A stretch of DNA of 63,699 bases, counting the filler, from Mitosporidium daphniae (lineage: Eukaryota): NCBI RefSeq assembly GCF_000760515.2. It is 3 parts of 3 records of this genome, joined end to end, with 100 filler letters (N's around TTAATTAATTAA, not from the genome) between each part and the next. Parts side by side here need not be neighbours in the genome. Positions count along the whole stretch, not along the records: positions 22,603 to 44,520 come from NW_013546142.1; 2 more parts are not named here. One strand, written 5' to 3'. This document shows, one piece after another, positions 23,487 to 34,816 of the stretch. Each line of letters starts with the position of its first letter. Position 1 is the stretch's first letter. The translations under genes were made by a program, and so were the position numbers. The notes under the pieces are model-generated. The model had not been told where the DNA came from. It searched no databases and worked only from the letters and a program-made list of their open reading frames with translations.

Positions 23487-25226
23487 TCAGTTACTTTGAG
23501 CTCTTCTCTTTAAAACATGAGCCATCAAAGCGCAAGTGGAGGAATCAGCATGTGGGCCGACCGTGCCTTTTACTAATTCGGCATCAATGGCGGTGGCAAG
23601 GGTCTTTCCTAATTCAACACCCATTTGATCATAAGAATTGATATTCCATACATGGCCCTGGACAAAAATCTTGTGCTCATAGGCTGCAATCAGACAGCCA
23701 AGCACCTCGGGGGTTAGTTCGTCATAAAGGAAGACGGTGGTTGGACGGTTTCCCTTGAAAGCCTTATGAGGATTCTGCGAAGACGGCAAAGACACGGGTG
23801 AAAAGTTATTCTCAGCATCATAGCAGTTTCCCATCATCATCGCCTCGGCTTGGGCCAGCATGTTAGCAACCAAAACCTGGCGGTGGCGGTCATGGGATTC
23901 CAAATGAACAGAAGGATGACGAGGCGCAAAGATTCCACCAATCAGATCACAAGAGATAATATTTGTGCCCTGATGCAAGAGTTGATAAAAGGCATGCTGG
24001 CCATTGGTTCCGGGCTCACCCCACACGACAGGCCCGGTCTTCCAATTTACATACACATCTTCTCCTGTGGACACCATTTTGCAAGCGCTTTTTCCATTGG
24101 ACTCCATGTCTGCTTGCTGGAGGTATTTTGGGAACAGGCCCAAGTTTTGCTCATAAGGCAAAATGGCAAGCGAATTCAGATTCATAAAGTTGTTGTACCA
24201 GATTCCAAGAGCCGCCATAAGGATTGGAATGTTTTCTTCCAATGGAGCCTCTAAAAAGTGCTTGTCCATAGCTCGGGCACCGGCCAATAGACGCTCAAAA
24301 TTTTGATAGCCTATGGCAATTGAAATTGACAAGCCAACTGCGGACCAAAGAGAGTAACGGCCACCAACCCAATCCCAAAATTTAAAGATGTGCAAGTCGT
24401 CCACTTGGATGCCGAATGCTTTTACAGCTGGTTCGTTTGTCGATACTGCCACAAAATGGTGTCCAATTGCACTTTGGTTTCCGTTGCACGATGAAAGGAA
24501 CCAGGAGCGAGCGGTCTGCGCATTTAGCATCGTTTCGGCCGTGGTAAAAGTCTTTGAAACAATAATGAAAAGCGTGGTTTCCGGATCGCACTTTGCTAAC
24601 GCTGCTTCCATGTCAGCTCCATCAACATTTGAGACATAGTAGATACTGAGTTTTGGGTTGATCAAGTGAGCCAAAGCGCCGCTTACCATTTTTGGCCCAA
24701 GATCAGATCCTCCAATTCCGATATTAACAATGGAGGTGATTGGCCGTCCAGTATGTCCCAACCATGTACCTGCATTAACAGCATCAGAAATGGCCTTCAT
24801 TTTTTTTAGCTCTGCAGAGATCATTGGTCCAAGATCAACTTTGGATCCGCTGACCTCGGCGAAAAAGGAGGGTGACTCTCTTGAGAGTGCTCTTAACGCC
24901 ACATGAAGGACGGAACGGCCCTCAGTGGAATTTATAGGTGCACCGGCAAACATGGCGTCACGGGCAGACTCAATCTTGGCTTCCTTTAATAGAGAGATAA
25001 GTGCAGACTTGATTTCATCTGTGATCATGTTTTTGGAGTAATCCACATACAACTCATTGGCCCCTGGTAGCTGGAGAGAAACCGCATATTTGCTAGAACG
25101 TGAGGGATCCTCATGGAAGAGTTGAGGCATAAAAAGTTTGCCCTTACTTAAGGTTTCGAGAATCTTCCAGCTTGGATAAGAAGTAGGCGAAGCCGTCGTC
25201 GGAACGTTAGATGCCACCGATGTCAT
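23487..25226 (-). CDS. PGI1: Glucose-6-phosphate isomerase
   Basis: IGIGGSDLGP, SKTFTT, DWVGGRYSLWS, QQADMESNGK, GTNGQHAFYQLLHQG, DQMGVELGK; intronless; ATG at 25226. Confidence 0.97.
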   Translation of the reverse strand: MTSVASNVPTTASPTSYPSWKILETLSKGKLFMPQLFHEDPSRSSKYAVSLQLPGANELYVDYSKNMITDEIKSALISLLKEAKIESARDAMFAGAPINSTEGRSVLHVALRALSRESPSFFAEVSGSKVDLGPMISAELKKMKAISDAVNAGTWLGHTGRPITSIVNIGIGGSDLGPKMVSGALAHLINPKLSIYYVSNVDGADMEAALAKCDPETTLFIIVSKTFTTAETMLNAQTARSWFLSSCNGNQSAIGHHFVAVSTNEPAVKAFGIQVDDLHIFKFWDWVGGRYSLWSAVGLSISIAIGYQNFERLLAGARAMDKHFLEAPLEENIPILMAALGIWYNNFMNLNSLAILPYEQNLGLFPKYLQQADMESNGKSACKMVSTGEDVYVNWKTGPVVWGEPGTNGQHAFYQLLHQGTNIISCDLIGGIFAPRHPSVHLESHDRHRQVLVANMLAQAEAMMMGNCYDAENNFSPVSLPSSQNPHKAFKGNRPTTVFLYDELTPEVLGCLIAAYEHKIFVQGHVWNINSYDQMGVELGKTLATAIDAELVKGTVGPHADSSTCALMAHVLKRRAQSN

Positions 25227-25486
25227 GTTGGTAAAATAAAAATCCAAATTTGATGATCGACCTTTGATTTCACTTATCGATGCGATTCATTTTGCGAGTG
25301 CAATTACGATGACTTTGGTATCACGCTTTTAAATTCAAATTTGGAAGCTTTTTATGGAAAGTGAAACTTGCCAATAAATTGTGGTACAACTGGCCTCCAC
25401 CTCACCATGGTCTTCGAATTTGGACCGCCATTAAACGTTTCCACGTTTCAACTGATCGGCTCACTGTAAATAAAATTTTATTCTCG

Positions 25487-25867
25487 CTATCGTCTGGATT
25501 TGTTCAGGTGTATCTTTTCATGCCGTGCAAGTCTAGAGATGGAGGGGAAGATTTTGTCGCAACCCTTTGCCCGGCATATATGCACCCTGCATTGTTTCTT
25601 GCTTTCTTTGTACGCCGCATTTTGGTTCGTTATAATTTGGGAAAGCAATGAATCAACCATGGGATTGTTGCTTGGTATTTCTTTTGAAGAGTGTGTAATC
25701 CCGGAAAGAAATAAAAGTGCATCTACAGCCTCTTCAGGGGAATCCATTCGAACGGCCAATGGCGCTAACCGCTTTATCGAAAACGGAGGGGACGAAGATG
25801 GCGTTGGCGACCAGCTGTTGAATAACATGGGCTTGAGCAGCAGCATATTGCGTTCTTGGGTCGTCAT
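25487..25867 (-). CDS. Small C2H2 zinc-finger protein
   Basis: C-terminal CRAKGCDKIFPSISRLARHEKIH finger; EEAVDALLFLS motif. Confidence 0.7.
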   Translation of the reverse strand: MTTQERNMLLLKPMLFNSWSPTPSSSPPFSIKRLAPLAVRMDSPEEAVDALLFLSGITHSSKEIPSNNPMVDSLLSQIITNQNAAYKESKKQCRVHICRAKGCDKIFPSISRLARHEKIHLNKSRR

Positions 25868-26108
25868 TGCTAGTTTGGATGCTTTTGATCACAAAATTAG
25901 CTTAATGATCCTATAATTTTGGGCGACGTGTGAGTGGTCCTCTGCTGGACCAATGTTGCAGGAGCGATAGGAATTGCTGAACCAATTCCATGGCATGACC
26001 AATTAAGGTTAATTAAAATTACAGTCGACTTAAATTTTACAACTTTATATTTAAATTTACAACTTGGCAACCAGATAGAGCAGATAAAACAGAGGACAAC
26101 ACGACCTG

Positions 26109-27626
26109 ATGATTTTTATGCAAAGGAAGCCAGCGGCCCATTCCGGAAAAGACAATGGGCTATTTTCTTGCTCTTCAACATCGACAAATAATGAAGGTGC
26201 ATCTTCTCTTTCATGGAAATTTTCGCAATGCTTTGGCGAAAGATCCGAGTCCATCGTCAATGGTTTAATTTGGATCACAATTACCCTTTAGCTGACATTA
26301 TTTCTGCCCTTGAGTTTGACGAGACCGGGGCATATTTGGCTACCGGTGATCGCGGAGGTCGTGCTGTAATTTTCAAGGACACCCCCACAGGGTATGCGTT
26401 TTTTGCAGAGTTCCAATCCCATGAGCCAGAATTTGATTATTTGAGAAGTGTCGAAATCGACGAACAGATTAATCGGATTAAATGGTGCAAGCAGTCAACG
26501 AGTAGGGATTTATTTCTGCTGACGACAAATGGTACCTTTTTGTGTTGTGGTTTATTGTAGACACAATAATAAAGCTCTGGAAAATTTCCAACAGACGCTC
26601 TGCGCGGTCGACTGCCTCTTCTTCTTCTTCATGTACTGCGGCAGACAGATTTGTTCCCGTTCATCAAAACTCTTATAAAGGGTCGCACTTGTTCCATATC
26701 AACTCGATATCTCCAAACATTGATGGTCTCACATTTCTGTCCGCAGATGACCTGAAGATCACTCTTTGGCAGTTGGAAAATCCAAAAGCATTTATTTCCA
26801 TGGTTGATTTGAGACCACAACCGATGGACGATATCCAGCAGGTGATCACAACGGCCATATTTCATCCACAATATACATATCAATTTCTATATGCAACCTC
26901 TCGGGGTATTATCCGAATTTGCGACACAAGGGTGTCCTCTCTGTGTGAGAGTTCTGGAGGTTATTTTACCCAACGTTTACTTTAGTGACGTTAAACAAGT
27001 GGAAACATGACGAGGACCGACATGACCCATTGAATGTGGACCGAAATCAGCCAATTCTTTTCGGGGACCTTTTTTCTACCATTTCAGACGCCAAATTTTC
27101 TCCTTGTGGAAGATATGTGCTTGCCAGAGACTTCCATTCCCTTCAACTTTGGGACACACACAAGCTAAACAGGCCGGTGGTTGACATTCCGATACCACCA
27201 GATGTCTCAACTCGAAAACAGGTGCAGAACAAACTCCTGGACTGGTATGCAACTGAGGCCATCTTTGAGGACAAGTTTGAGTGCGGCTTTGATGGCACAT
27301 CCAGGTTTGTGTACATTTGATGCTGCTTTTGCATATTTTCCATTTATTGTGTTTTCCTTGTTTTCTCGCATTAACCCTGCCCCAGATATATTCATACCGG
27401 TGCCTACAACAACATGAACTTCATTTTTGACTTGGAGGGCAATTTGGTGTCTTCGATTTTTTCGGATAAAAGCATTTTTGAGCAGAAAAAAGCGGCTCAA
27501 GCTGCTTCTCCGCCAGAGAAGGCATTTTCTTTTTCCAAAAAGGTGGTCACTAGTGTATGGAACCCAAAGGGAAACTCTATTGCCTCTGCGGCAGCGAATA
27601 ACTTATTTATATTCCGAACTATCTAG
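26109..27626 (+). CDS. CDC55: PP2A regulatory subunit B55 (Cdc55/PPP2R2)
   Basis: [70 protein letters not shown]; 4 introns including 81-nt 27305-27385. Confidence 0.93.
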
Positions 27627-27772
27627 TCCATATAAGTAATGATAACGAAGATAAATATGTACGCTTTGTATATACCTATCTGAACCCTCTATCGTGATAT
27701 GCCTACTGTGGACAACATCTGCTTGCATTGGTGGTGTGGACTCTTCCTTTAAAAGTGGAGTTTAATAATAAA

Positions 27773-28745
27773 TCAAGATCTGTACACCGAAGAATACACA
27801 AGACTGGAGCTCTTTTCGCCCAGTCGGCGTCCATTGGGAAGGCTCACATTGGCCAAAAGAAATTCTGCCTCTGCTTCACACACACACCTTGCCTCATCAA
27901 ACGCAAGCCATAGACTTTGGTTAGAATCGATCGTACCTTTGAAGGGTGGGATATTTCCTGGCTATTGCCTTTGCCTTTTCTGGCGAAATGGAATGGATAC
28001 AACACAACTGGGAGCAATAGATATCCCCCAGGGTCAGGCCGCTTCTCCTTCCATGTTTTTTGGAAAAGATCTGGAACAGCGAAACACCTTCGACTACATT
28101 TCCAGAGTGCACAGAAACAGGCAATCCCCCGGGATTTCCTGACAATTCTGGAAAAGCGGATGGTTCTGGCTTGATTTTGATTGACTTTTGATGCAGAGAT
28201 CCTTTAATCCACCGAGTCATTGCAATCAAAAACAAGACGGTCTCCTCAAAGGAAGAGGTCCTTTGGATCAGGAACTTGTCATGGATCATTGTGCTTGACA
28301 AAATCGAATAAAGCGATTTTTGGGTATGGATACGGGCAGATGGTGTTGCCTTCAACGAAAGCGAGAGATTTTCAATCACATATATGACTTTGCCTATCCC
28401 AGAATTGTGAATTCTTGCCTAAATAAAATTGGTGCCAACTGAAAAACCTTTTGCTCGTCGTATCGCCCATCAATAATACTGGAGTATAAATCGTTTTCTC
28501 GCTTTCTCTCAACCAAATAGTCAAGTACAATTTCAACTGGATTTTCTACCGCTAACTATTAATCCCACATGTTCACCTTTCTCCCTACATAGCCACAAAA
28601 AATCTCCAATGGGAAGCGTTCGCATTGAATATGCAATATTATGGGCAGCTAGAGTGGTTTGCAGCGTAAGCAATGCGCCTCTCTGTAAGCACGCTTCCCT
28701 CTGGTCAATAACAAGAATCAAATCATAATTGCCATAAGCAAGCAT
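27773..28745 (-). CDS. MUS81: Structure-specific endonuclease Mus81 (ERCC4 + HhH only)
   Basis: [62 protein letters not shown]; three short introns. Confidence 0.88.
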
Positions 28746-28792
28746 AAAGTCTTGCAGAAATAAGTTTGCGATGAAAATTTTAATTTAAAGGG

Positions 28793-29794
28793 TTAGGGTT
28801 GGCTGCCAACAGCCAGTGATTTAACAGCAGCGGCCTGTTCAAAGTTTTTATACGACCTTTTTTCGTATTTTCGCAACGAATACTTTCGCTTTTTGAGCGA
28901 AGGCACTCTAACCTCAACAAGACGGTTTTGTTGTAATTTCTTGAACTGGTCAACAAATGGTGCCGTGGCTGAGCATTCGATAGCTCTCAATGAAGAGGGG
29001 ATTTCCGAGTTCAGGAAAACTGGGAAAATCGGCTTTTCGAACTTTTTAACGTCCTTTCCGAATTTTTTGGGTTCTCGCTTAGATTTTGGTTTGAGCAAGA
29101 TTTGAGAAGATAGCTTTTCGATGTTGTCGATTTGGAAATTCAACTTTTTAAGTTCTTTCTTCCTGATTGCATTTTGGATGCACTCTCGTTCTCGTCGGCG
29201 TGCAGCCTTTTTTGATTGTGAAATACGCTGGCTTTGTCTAGATACGGATGGTGAAGAGCTATCTGTGGGATTTTGACACTCAATTAGAGGCTCATTGTCT
29301 GCACTCTGGCCAGCACCAGATGAAGGCATTTGCAGATCTGCTGCTGGAGTGATGGGCAAGCAAATCCGGGTGTTTTTGGCGTGTGAAAAAAGCTCCTTAT
29401 TTGATTTTCTTCCAACTTCTCTAATAAGAGCCATTGCCAATGCCTCTTTATGATGTTTTTTTGAGGGATTATATGAAGCGCCAGGGTGCAAGGCTTCAGG
29501 GATCGTTCTTTGGACCAGTGGGGCTTTAAATACAGTATCGGAGCTAGATGTAGGTTTAGTGACACAGTTCCAAATATCTGTAATTGTGGGTTTGATCGGT
29601 GCAACCTTGATGGGCTTCCCCAAGTCCTTGGAATTTTTTTGCTTCTTAGGCTTGTTAGATGCAGATCTAGCATGGATGAGAGCAGGTGTAGATGATTGAG
29701 CACGGCAAATTTCCTCGATTCTCAAGCATTTTTTTGAATGCAAAGATGCTTTTGAGGGATCGCCCTGTTTGTCAATAAAAAAGGCCGTTTCCAT
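28793..29794 (-). CDS. NOP53: Ribosome biogenesis factor Nop53/GLTSCR2
   Basis: FFIDKQGD, HPGASYNPS, SSLRAI...DQFKKLQQNRLVEVR, YEKRSYKNF. Confidence 0.85.
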   Translation of the reverse strand: METAFFIDKQGDPSKASLHSKKCLRIEEICRAQSSTPALIHARSASNKPKKQKNSKDLGKPIKVAPIKPTITDIWNCVTKPTSSSDTVFKAPLVQRTIPEALHPGASYNPSKKHHKEALAMALIREVGRKSNKELFSHAKNTRICLPITPAADLQMPSSGAGQSADNEPLIECQNPTDSSSPSVSRQSQRISQSKKAARRRERECIQNAIRKKELKKLNFQIDNIEKLSSQILLKPKSKREPKKFGKDVKKFEKPIFPVFLNSEIPSSLRAIECSATAPFVDQFKKLQQNRLVEVRVPSLKKRKYSLRKYEKRSYKNFEQAAAVKSLAVGSQP

Positions 29795-29917
29795 TGCAAG
29801 TGGAGCTTTTCGGCTATTTGTCAAAAAATAAATTCAACGCACAAAATTACAAAATAACAACCCTAATTTGAATTGAGCAGCTTTGCATATTGCAATTTTT
29901 ATCAATTTTCCAGGTGC

Positions 29918-30762
29918 ATGTTGGAGGCAAAGTTATCTGATTCTCAAGTCTTCAAAAGGATTGTTGAGGCCATTAAGGACCTCGTAAACGAGGCAAACTT
30001 TGACTGCAATCCCTCTGGAATCACGCTTCAAGCTATGGATTCTACCCATGTGGCCCTGGCCACGTTGCTTATGCGTGCTGACGAGTTTGAAAGCTTCAGA
30101 TGCGATCGCAATATCCCGCTTGGCATCAACTTGTCGTCGCTTACCAAGATCCTGAAAAGCGCCAATGCATCTGACTCCATCACGCTCAGGGCCAAAGACT
30201 CTGGCGACTCATTAAGCCTGATGTTCGAATCTCCAAGTAATCATTGCGCATGCTTTTATTTGTATAGACGAAGACCGTACGTGTGAATATGACCTCAAAC
30301 TGATGGCGTTGGATACCGAGCATTTGGGCATTCCAGAGCAACCCTACGATGCCATGATTGGGATGAATTCGAACGAGTTCCAGAGAATTGTTAGAGACCT
30401 TTATTCGCTGAGCGAATCAGGTATGTTTGACACACACGTAATGCCCCCGCCCTCTAGTAAATATTTCAGTCAGCTCGGAGCATATAAAGTTTGAGGCCAA
30501 AGGCGAAATCGGATCCGGCTCGATTTCTCTTAAACCCAGAGACACCGTTGACAAGGATAAAGAGGCCGTCAATCTTTCTGTATCAAAAAACGCATTTACA
30601 ACGCTTTCGTTAAAGTTTCTTTCCATCATCTCCAAGGCATGCCCTCTTTCTGACCGCGTTATTATTGGAATTTGCGAAGAACAGCCTGTTTCGATTGAAT
30701 TCAAAATTGGTCAGCATGGATACCTCCGTTATTACTTGGCTCCCAAAGTTGGCGAAGAATAA
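29918..30762 (+). CDS. PCNA: Proliferating cell nuclear antigen
   Basis: [38 protein letters not shown]; introns 30237-30267 and 30421-30457. Confidence 0.97.
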
Positions 30763-30873
30763 ATTGTCACCTGTTTTAAATTTTAAACGCACTTTGGGTT
30801 GTATTTATTCGGTCCGTCGGGGTTCCACATGTTGTATGGACAACAAAATGATTTAAAAATACAAAATTTAATA

Positions 30874-33800
30874 TCAAAGGGGCGAATGAAAGTCAATAAT
30901 ATCCTCGACAAAGAGGGCCTTTTGATCATGTTCATGCGATACCACGTTAAAGCTTACTCGTAATCGCAACCGAAGCGCCCCGGTAGACTTGAGAGGGTCT
31001 TTAAATCTAATTACTTGAAACATGCGTTCATTTCCGGATATCTTTGAGCAGGAGGGCTTCTCAAGGATAAGATTAATGCCCTACCATGAAAAACAAAGTT
31101 GCTACCTTCAGCGAGGCCACCTCAATAGATATTGCTTCATAAATTGCCGTCGATGTGGTTGAGGTTTCAACAGAAATCCTGCACGCTGCCATGCTTGGTG
31201 TTCCGCCGAATTGAGTGATATATAAAAGGAGCCCCTCTTTTTCATAAATCAGCCATTCCCCCAGGGATCCCATCAATCGAGCTTCCTTTACAAATGATTT
31301 TGGGGATTCCGAGTAGTCTGGAGATTGACTTGAATGTGAAAATACGGTATCTCTGTCAATAGAAATATAGGAGGGAGCATGTGTCGAGGAAATTGGACTA
31401 GAAGGCCCAGATGCTATGGATCGACTCCTACTTGAGTCTCTCAAGGATGGGGAATTCTTTCTACCAGGAGAAGCTGGAATGGGAGAAAGTCCTCTGTCGC
31501 TGAGGACAGGCGAAAGCCCTCTGTCGCTAAGGACAGGAGAAAGGCCTTTGTTGCTAACGACAGGAGAATGACTTTTGTTGCTGAGGACAGGCGAAAGCCC
31601 TTTGTTGCGGAGGACAGGAGAGAGTCCTCTGCTGGAATCTGTAAAGTCGGCAGATGATAGCGATGAGGTGATCGATTTCATTGGCTCAAATTTCAACTGT
31701 GCAAATAGGTTCTTGGGGTCGATAAAAATTTACACTGCTTACTTGGATTGAGGAGCTGGCGCCCTCCAGAACGGGAAGAGAGATTCTGGCCTCGCTTTTT
31801 ATTTCGATTTGCCGCAAAGGGATCATGTCAAAGATTTCTTCTCTTTGCGAGGCGCTAAATTGCTTGATAATTGCGAAAATGTTCCGGGCCAGCTGCCTCA
31901 AATCTGAATCGTCAGTTGCGGGTTTTGCATTCAAGTAGCGGTAAATCTGGCTTAGAAAATCTTGGCTGTTGTTTTTACAAGTGTCCACGTCAAACCCCCC
32001 ATCATTGGTACCGGATCGAGCAGAAAGCTTCCCAATCGCAATAAAGACATATTGAGCAAGTGGCAGGGAAAGCTGAAATTAACAACGCAAAATGCTCACC
32101 TCTTTGCCGGATACCATGGCCCCAAGAAGCGACAACACTTGATCGGGAGTTGGAATATTGCCATCCAACAAATGGCCCTCATGGAAAAACGGCCCTGGAG
32201 CAAGAAGATGGCCATACTCTCCAATGATATAAACCAAGGCAATGATAACCTAAAAATGTCAGCAAAAAGCTTTTCCAACCGAAGCCCCATCATTGACCTT
32301 TGAAAGAGACGCAGCTGCACGATGTACGGCATATCTTTGAATGCTTGCATCTGCTGCCAAGTGACGCGAAAGGATAGATATGGCCTTTTGAGGAGCATCA
32401 TCATAGCATTCTTCACGAAGTGGAATGGACTCCAGAATCTTAAGGAGCATGTCTACAAAAAGCTTAGACCCAATCTCCAACGAATATTTCTCAATGGCCA
32501 TGATAAGCCGTTCCGGAAGAGTAAGAAAGGAAGAGGGCAAAAGAAGGTGGCCATTCTGAACGTGGACGTTGAGGCTTCCAGACCCGGTGAAAAAATAGTT
32601 GTTATTACTCAACACATCCAATAAAACTTCGAGCAGTTTGGGGATATTTTCCGGGTACTCGTGAGGATCTAAAAATATCCCAAAAATAACGTCGATGGCT
32701 TTTGCAACGATTCCAAAATCCGAATCGGTGAGACATGCCTGAATGGACGATAATATTGCATTGAGTGAGCTCTTTGGGATTTTGTTCATCGAAAATGACT
32801 TTAGCAGCAAGTTGAGGGCAACATACCTCCCGTTGTTGTTACTGCTGTTATTGGAGTTTGAATCGTCACACGCCCTTAAAAAGGACACTCCAAGAGCCTC
32901 TAATGCCCGCTCTGTTAGATTTGAATCTCCATTCAGAGCGAGAACGGTCTGAATGCACTCATATCTTACCGCTAGGGCGGCCCCGAAAACTTTTCCCGCC
33001 CCCGAAAGAATATGCAAAAGACATTCGGTCAAATCGGGCGTAGATCTGCCCAATATCCTCAATACTCGAAGTATGGAAACCTAAATTGTAAATGCTTCAA
33101 AAAACCTGGAGAAACGGATCCGTCGTACCGCCTACATCGTATTCTGGAAAAGAGGAGGAGAACAACAACGAGCTCAAAACCCTAACTAGAAGGGGGGCCA
33201 ATTTTTTTAGCTCTAAGAAAATAGGGGTCCCCACAGACCGAAGTGCCAATTCTGAAATCAGTGCACAAGAGGAAAGCAGAACACCATGATTTCGGTCAGA
33301 AAGAAGAGGCCTGGTACGTTCGAGTATCATTTCGTAAAGTCCATCTTGCCGCAGCGATGCATCTGAAAGGGTGCGGATCATTTTAAGAACCGCGAGAACC
33401 GCCTAAATGATAAGCATCATGATTTTAAAGGGGCTGAAATGGAAAACAAACTCGTAATTCAAGCACATGAATTGAAAGGAATTTCAACAAGCAACATTGG
33501 GAAAAAGGATCCCAAGAAGCCCGCGTTTCAATCGAAAAAAACGAAATGGAGAAAAATCGGTACCTTTTTCAGAATGTATGCATTGGGGACGTTGAGAAGC
33601 CGCAGAAGCTCTGTGGAAAGCTCTTGTGCCATGCCACTTGTAAGCAGAGACGCCAATGAAGTTAGGGCAAGCCCAGTCACATACATCGAACATCCATTTG
33701 AGGACAAAGTGGGGAGGGAAGGCATTCCCCCGCTCAAGTCGCTCTTGAAGGAGTTTGTTGCTAGCACTAGCGTTTCTTGAGAACTATCCAATAGCAAAGA

Positions 33801-34193
33801 TATGCCCAAATGGCCAAGCCGCTTGTCGGCAAAATTGGGCGATGCCATAAGCTTCAACGCATCCAATTGCCCAAAGGCAACTGAAATACCCCCATGTGCC
33901 GCGGTCAGCAATTGAATGCAAAGCAACTTTGCCAAAGCCCGATATCTCTTCTTTTCCTTCCCGCGAGAGATAGAGGTGTTTTGCAATGCCATGCGAATTT
34001 CAGCCGCCTCTCTTGAAATCAAATCCCGCTCTTCGGCAGCGGTCTTGCAGTTTCGAATGGCTCGAATAAGGCTTTTTACGGATTTGTATGAATTTGAATC
34101 CGTTTTTGCCATCATGGCCGCCCTTGTAACTGGTTTCTTCCTGCCCAATGAGAGTGATCTTGAGAGAATGGATTCTGCAGATGAGGATGACAT
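30874..34193 (-). CDS. APL4: AP-1 complex gamma-adaptin
   Basis: SLIRAIRNCKTAAEER, FGQLDALKL, KRLGHLG, DRNHGVLL, PEYDVGGTTDPFLQV, C-terminal gamma-ear (ALRLRLRVSF); several introns including 161-nt 33403-33563. Confidence 0.9.
31478..31632 (-). repeat. Coding 27-bp tandem repeat, ~6 copies of (R/K)GLSPVLS(D/N), in the gamma-adaptin hinge
   Basis: RGLSPVLRNKGLSPVLSNKSHSPVVSNKGLSPVLSDRGLSPVLSDRGLSPIP. Confidence 0.9.
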
Positions 34194-34200
34194 TGCATAA

Positions 34201-34360
34201 ATTTAGATTCTTCCCTGGACTTTAGTTCCAATTTAAATTCTTCCCTGGACTTTAGTTCCAATTTAAATTCTTCCCTGGACTTTAGTTCCAGTTTAAATTC
34301 TTCCCTGGACTTTAGTTCCAATTTAAATTCTTGCCAGGACTTTAATTCCACTTTAAATTC
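34201..34360. repeat. 30-bp tandem repeat, 5+ copies, directly upstream of the gamma-adaptin ATG
   Basis: ATTTAAATTCTTCCCTGGACTTTAGTTCCA at 34201, 34231, 34261, 34291, 34321, with few substitutions. Confidence 0.95.
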
Positions 34361-34477
34361 AATTAATTTTAGTTTCACATCGTGAGTTGCAACTCGCCTA
34401 AACGTTCGCCAATCAGCAGAGGTTTCGCTTTTTATTTTACATCTTCCCTGAAATCTTTCACCTGACCACCTGCCACC

Positions 34478-34771
34478 ATGAATGCGAAGCGAGTTTTTAT
34501 TCCTCTACTTTTTGGGCTTCTTTTTTTTGTAGCCATACTATCTGCATATAATCCAGACGCTCAACTCAAAAAAGACATGCTTCCACAGGAAGATATCAAG
34601 CGCCTACTTAAGGCCACGCAGCATCTTCTCAGAGTAGCCGAGAGGACAGGCTGGCGCCCATGCTTAGAGGGACTTATGAACTATTTCGTTTCAAAATTTC
34701 TTCCCTCTGAAGATGGAAGCAACACCATGGAAAAAGATTTTTTTTCTAGAAATAATGACCCCGGGCTCTAG
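34478..34771 (+). CDS. Small predicted secreted protein (97 aa)
   Basis: Signal-peptide-like MNAKRVFIPLLFGLLFFVAILSA; gccaccATG context; no known domain. Confidence 0.6.
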   Translation: MNAKRVFIPLLFGLLFFVAILSAYNPDAQLKKDMLPQEDIKRLLKATQHLLRVAERTGWRPCLEGLMNYFVSKFLPSEDGSNTMEKDFFSRNNDPGL

Positions 34772-34816
34772 CAGCAGCGATGGATGGATGTACTTAATAA
34801 AATTTTATTATCTTAA

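Noticed and set aside
34201..34360. 30-bp repeats as a CRISPR array
   Set aside because: Units are head-to-tail with no unique spacers, there are no cas genes, and the context is eukaryotic
34112..34378. ORF (KLELKSREEF)n as a real protein
   Set aside because: By-product of the tandem repeat, non-ATG start, overlaps the adaptin start out of frame
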